From Takakia lepidozioides (taxonomy: Eukaryota > Plantae > Bryophyta), in contig CM060732.1 of the NCBI GenBank assembly GCA_030704615.1, positions 16,306,001-16,370,000 of the forward strand: a stretch of 64,000 nt of DNA, in the 5' to 3' direction. The notes beneath the pieces were generated by a model. It was not told the origin of the DNA, did no database searches, and saw nothing but the letters and a program-made list of their open reading frames with translations. Within the stretch, counting starts at the first letter, position 1; each line of letters opens with the position of its first letter. The translations under genes were made by a program, and so were the position numbers. Below are positions 62,001 to 64,000 of the stretch, one piece after another.

Positions 62001-64000
62001 CTCCACCAAACCTGCCTCCCAGAGATCTTGAGTCCTCATCTGAATCAAAGACCTCTCCATGTCACTGTATCTATAGGGTCTCCAAAAGATTGGCGTGTCA
62101 GTGGCCAACTCAATACGGATCTCTTGACCCTTCAGTGCTCCCAAGTCCTTCAAACTGAAGGCAAAGCAATTCCTGTAAGCCCTCAGGAACCGCCGTATAC
62201 ATCGTCTCTCTCCTCCGGTGACAATGGGTCCAATGTCAGGCTCCCAATTGTCCTCTGTAACTGCAACCTTAAGTCCAGTGGGCTTAGAGGTAGAGGACGC
62301 ATCCAGTGGTTGCTATGTTGCAACCTCTTGAGCAGTACTCCCTACCTGCTCAGTCAATGACAAGGCCTCATCTTCCCCATCATCTCATCCTCGAGGACTT
62401 CCTCAACCTGAGAAAAATCCCCAGCCTCATCCATCACCGCCACTTTGGCTGCCAACTCCCTCTGAACCTCGAGCACCTCCCACGTGTGCCATGGATGCTT
62501 GCACCCCGTGGTCCTCACATGCTCGCCCCCACTCACTGCCTGTACCATCTCGGTAGGCAGAGAGACCAGCGAGGGAAGTGCACTCCGCACTCTGCGTTGC
62601 TCAGCCATAGCCAAGTTGATAATCCAGGTCAAGCAATTGAGATCCATTGCTTGCCCCAACACCTGACGACTTGCTGCCTCAGAAAGAGACGGCACCGCCG
62701 TGGTACCAGTGGTAAAACCCATTGCCCGTTCACGCTCGTCAGCATTAGGCTCCACTAACTGCTGCAACTGAGCATCCCACAGGAGGCCAGGTCCACTATC
62801 CCGGAAAGCATGCGATCCTGGGAAGCTGAGCAGTGTAGGTAATGCTGCTCGTGGTTGACCCACCTTGTTGACCACTGCCAAAGACAAACGGTCATCGTGT
62901 CTCACATGCTGAGACTGCCTCCCTGTGTCCAGAATGCTATCCACTGTGAGGTGTGCTGGCCGATGCACCCCATCAAATGCACGCTTGAGCAGTGCGGGTG
63001 GCATCAAGTTAGTCCACCATAGCCGTGGACGATGAGCCCGTGACCCCACTGTAGCTGCATCTAGCAACACTACTGACCCAAGCCATGACCGGACTTGATG
63101 TACACTGGCCATCACCCTGGCCCGAGAATCGCCCATCAGTGGCACATTCTCCAAGATGTATGCTGGAGATACAGCTTGATGAAGCTGCAAGTGGCGCAAA
63201 ACCCGTACCATCTCCCAAAACAGACCCGACCTCGAGTCTTGCAATCCATTGCCATGCTCGGCTGATGAATGCCCTTGGCAGGGCCAACCTGCCACTACCA
63301 GATCAATGGAGCCAACCCGCTCCAAATCCTGCGCCCCCAGCAACGAAATGTCTGCTGGCAAGGCCTGCTGATATCCACAAACTACAGACACCGACAACAA
63401 CTCAGGGTACTGTTGCACCAACTGAGCAACATGGCAAAGTGAAACGCGTCGTGTAGTCTCATCCCTCTCCACATACAGGTAACGCCGAACTCGTACACCT
63501 GCCTGTAACACAGCAGCCAATCCGGTGCTGATCCCGCCAAACAAGTCCAGAAGACAAATGCCTTCATCCGGATACTGCCACACAATAGGTGTGATATCCA
63601 ATGGTGACAACTGAGGTGGTCCTGGTGCAATCCCCACACTCTCCTCCTCTCCTGATGGTACAAAAGCCTCCACCCAGGCTTGTTGCACCCGTCGATCAGC
63701 AACCCGTTGCAAATCCTTGCTTGTGCCCCATAATGGAGTCTGAGCAACCATGGCAGGCAACTCTGCCATACCATACATGTCATCCTACTCTCCTGGAGGT
63801 GTGTCATCCTCTGAATGAGCGTTGCCCTCTAGCAATTCTCCAGGCCAAGTCACTGCAGCTGTGAATGCTGCTAGTGTCGGCATCTCGCCCCGCTGGGCAA
63901 CCGCAACTCCTCCTATGAACGTCACAGGGAGCTGCACATGCCGGCCCTCCCCTGACTGCCATCCAGGCCTATAGGAAGCTGACTCCTCCCAAAAATCCAG
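59067..64000 (-). mobile_element. Ty3/Gypsy LTR retrotransposon with DNMT and PHD, copy B (continues beyond the window)
   Basis: Protease-end-like sequence (64000-63910), DNMT, RT (62150-61400), RNase H, integrase (60946-59493), inverted PHD segment, PPT (59178-59192), truncated LTR (59177-59067). Confidence 0.93.
62354..63778 (-). CDS. DNMT3-like C5-cytosine DNA methyltransferase within pol (catalytic domain about 62610-63560, uninterrupted)
   Basis: Motif I LDLFGGIST, II YVERD, IV DLVVAGWPCQG (catalytic Cys at 63278-63280), VI ILENV, VIII HRPRLWW, IX ERERAMGF, X LGQAM, in linear DNMT3 order rather than the permuted DRM order. Confidence 0.93.
   Translation of the reverse strand: MYGMAELPAMVAQTPLWGTSKDLQRVADRRVQQAWVEAFVPSGEEESVGIAPGPPQLSPLDITPIVWQYPDEGICLLDLFGGISTGLAAVLQAGVRVRRYLYVERDETTRRVSLCHVAQLVQQYPELLSVSVVCGYQQALPADISLLGAQDLERVGSIDLVVAGWPCQGHSSAEHGNGLQDSRSGLFWEMVRVLRHLQLHQAVSPAYILENVPLMGDSRARVMASVHQVRSWLGSVVLLDAATVGSRAHRPRLWWTNLMPPALLKRAFDGVHRPAHLTVDSILDTGRQSQHVRHDDRLSLAVVNKVGQPRAALPTLLSFPGSHAFRDSGPGLLWDAQLQQLVEPNADERERAMGFTTGTTAVPSLSEAASRQVLGQAMDLNCLTWIINLAMAEQRRVRSALPSLVSLPTEMVQAVSGGEHVRTTGCKHPWHTWEVLEVQRELAAKVAVMDEAGDFSQVEEVLEDEMMGKMRPCH

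Noticed and set aside
62354-63778. Bacterial restriction-modification methylase, contamination, or a host DRM/CMT gene
   Set aside because: Embedded in Gypsy pol in two copies, intronless, DNMT3-like linear motif order, and no restriction gene, UBA, BAH or chromo domain nearby

Overview
Repeat-rich eukaryotic DNA, most likely a non-flowering land plant (spliced plant-type genes, PLS-class PPR remnants, iMet-primed Gypsy). About 85% is nested, decayed transposable elements around a small host-gene island: an intact 5-exon DUF3054 gene head-to-head with a damaged PQ-loop (YPQ-like) transporter gene. The main find is two copies (about 42.6-47.7 kb on +, about 59.1-64.0 kb on -) of a Ty3/Gypsy LTR retrotransposon. 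Its pol carries a DNMT3-like C5-cytosine methyltransferase between protease and RT, and its integrase ends in a PHD finger, so a chromatin reader and writer sit in one retroelement with a very short CTAG-rich LTR. The second find is two divergent Mutator-like DNA transposons (GCM-like zinc domain, DDE core, SWIM finger) that share a GAGGTT..CTATTTCATGAGC end. Each carries its own phased array of about 15 GGCGCC-centred palindromes (53-bp and 96-bp periods). Also present: LINE remnants, a chromovirus-like Gypsy in three pieces, an LTR family with a long extra ORF, an integrase without visible RT, a CACTG-type transposon end and a 500-N gap. All family assignments are by motif recognition; no database search was run.
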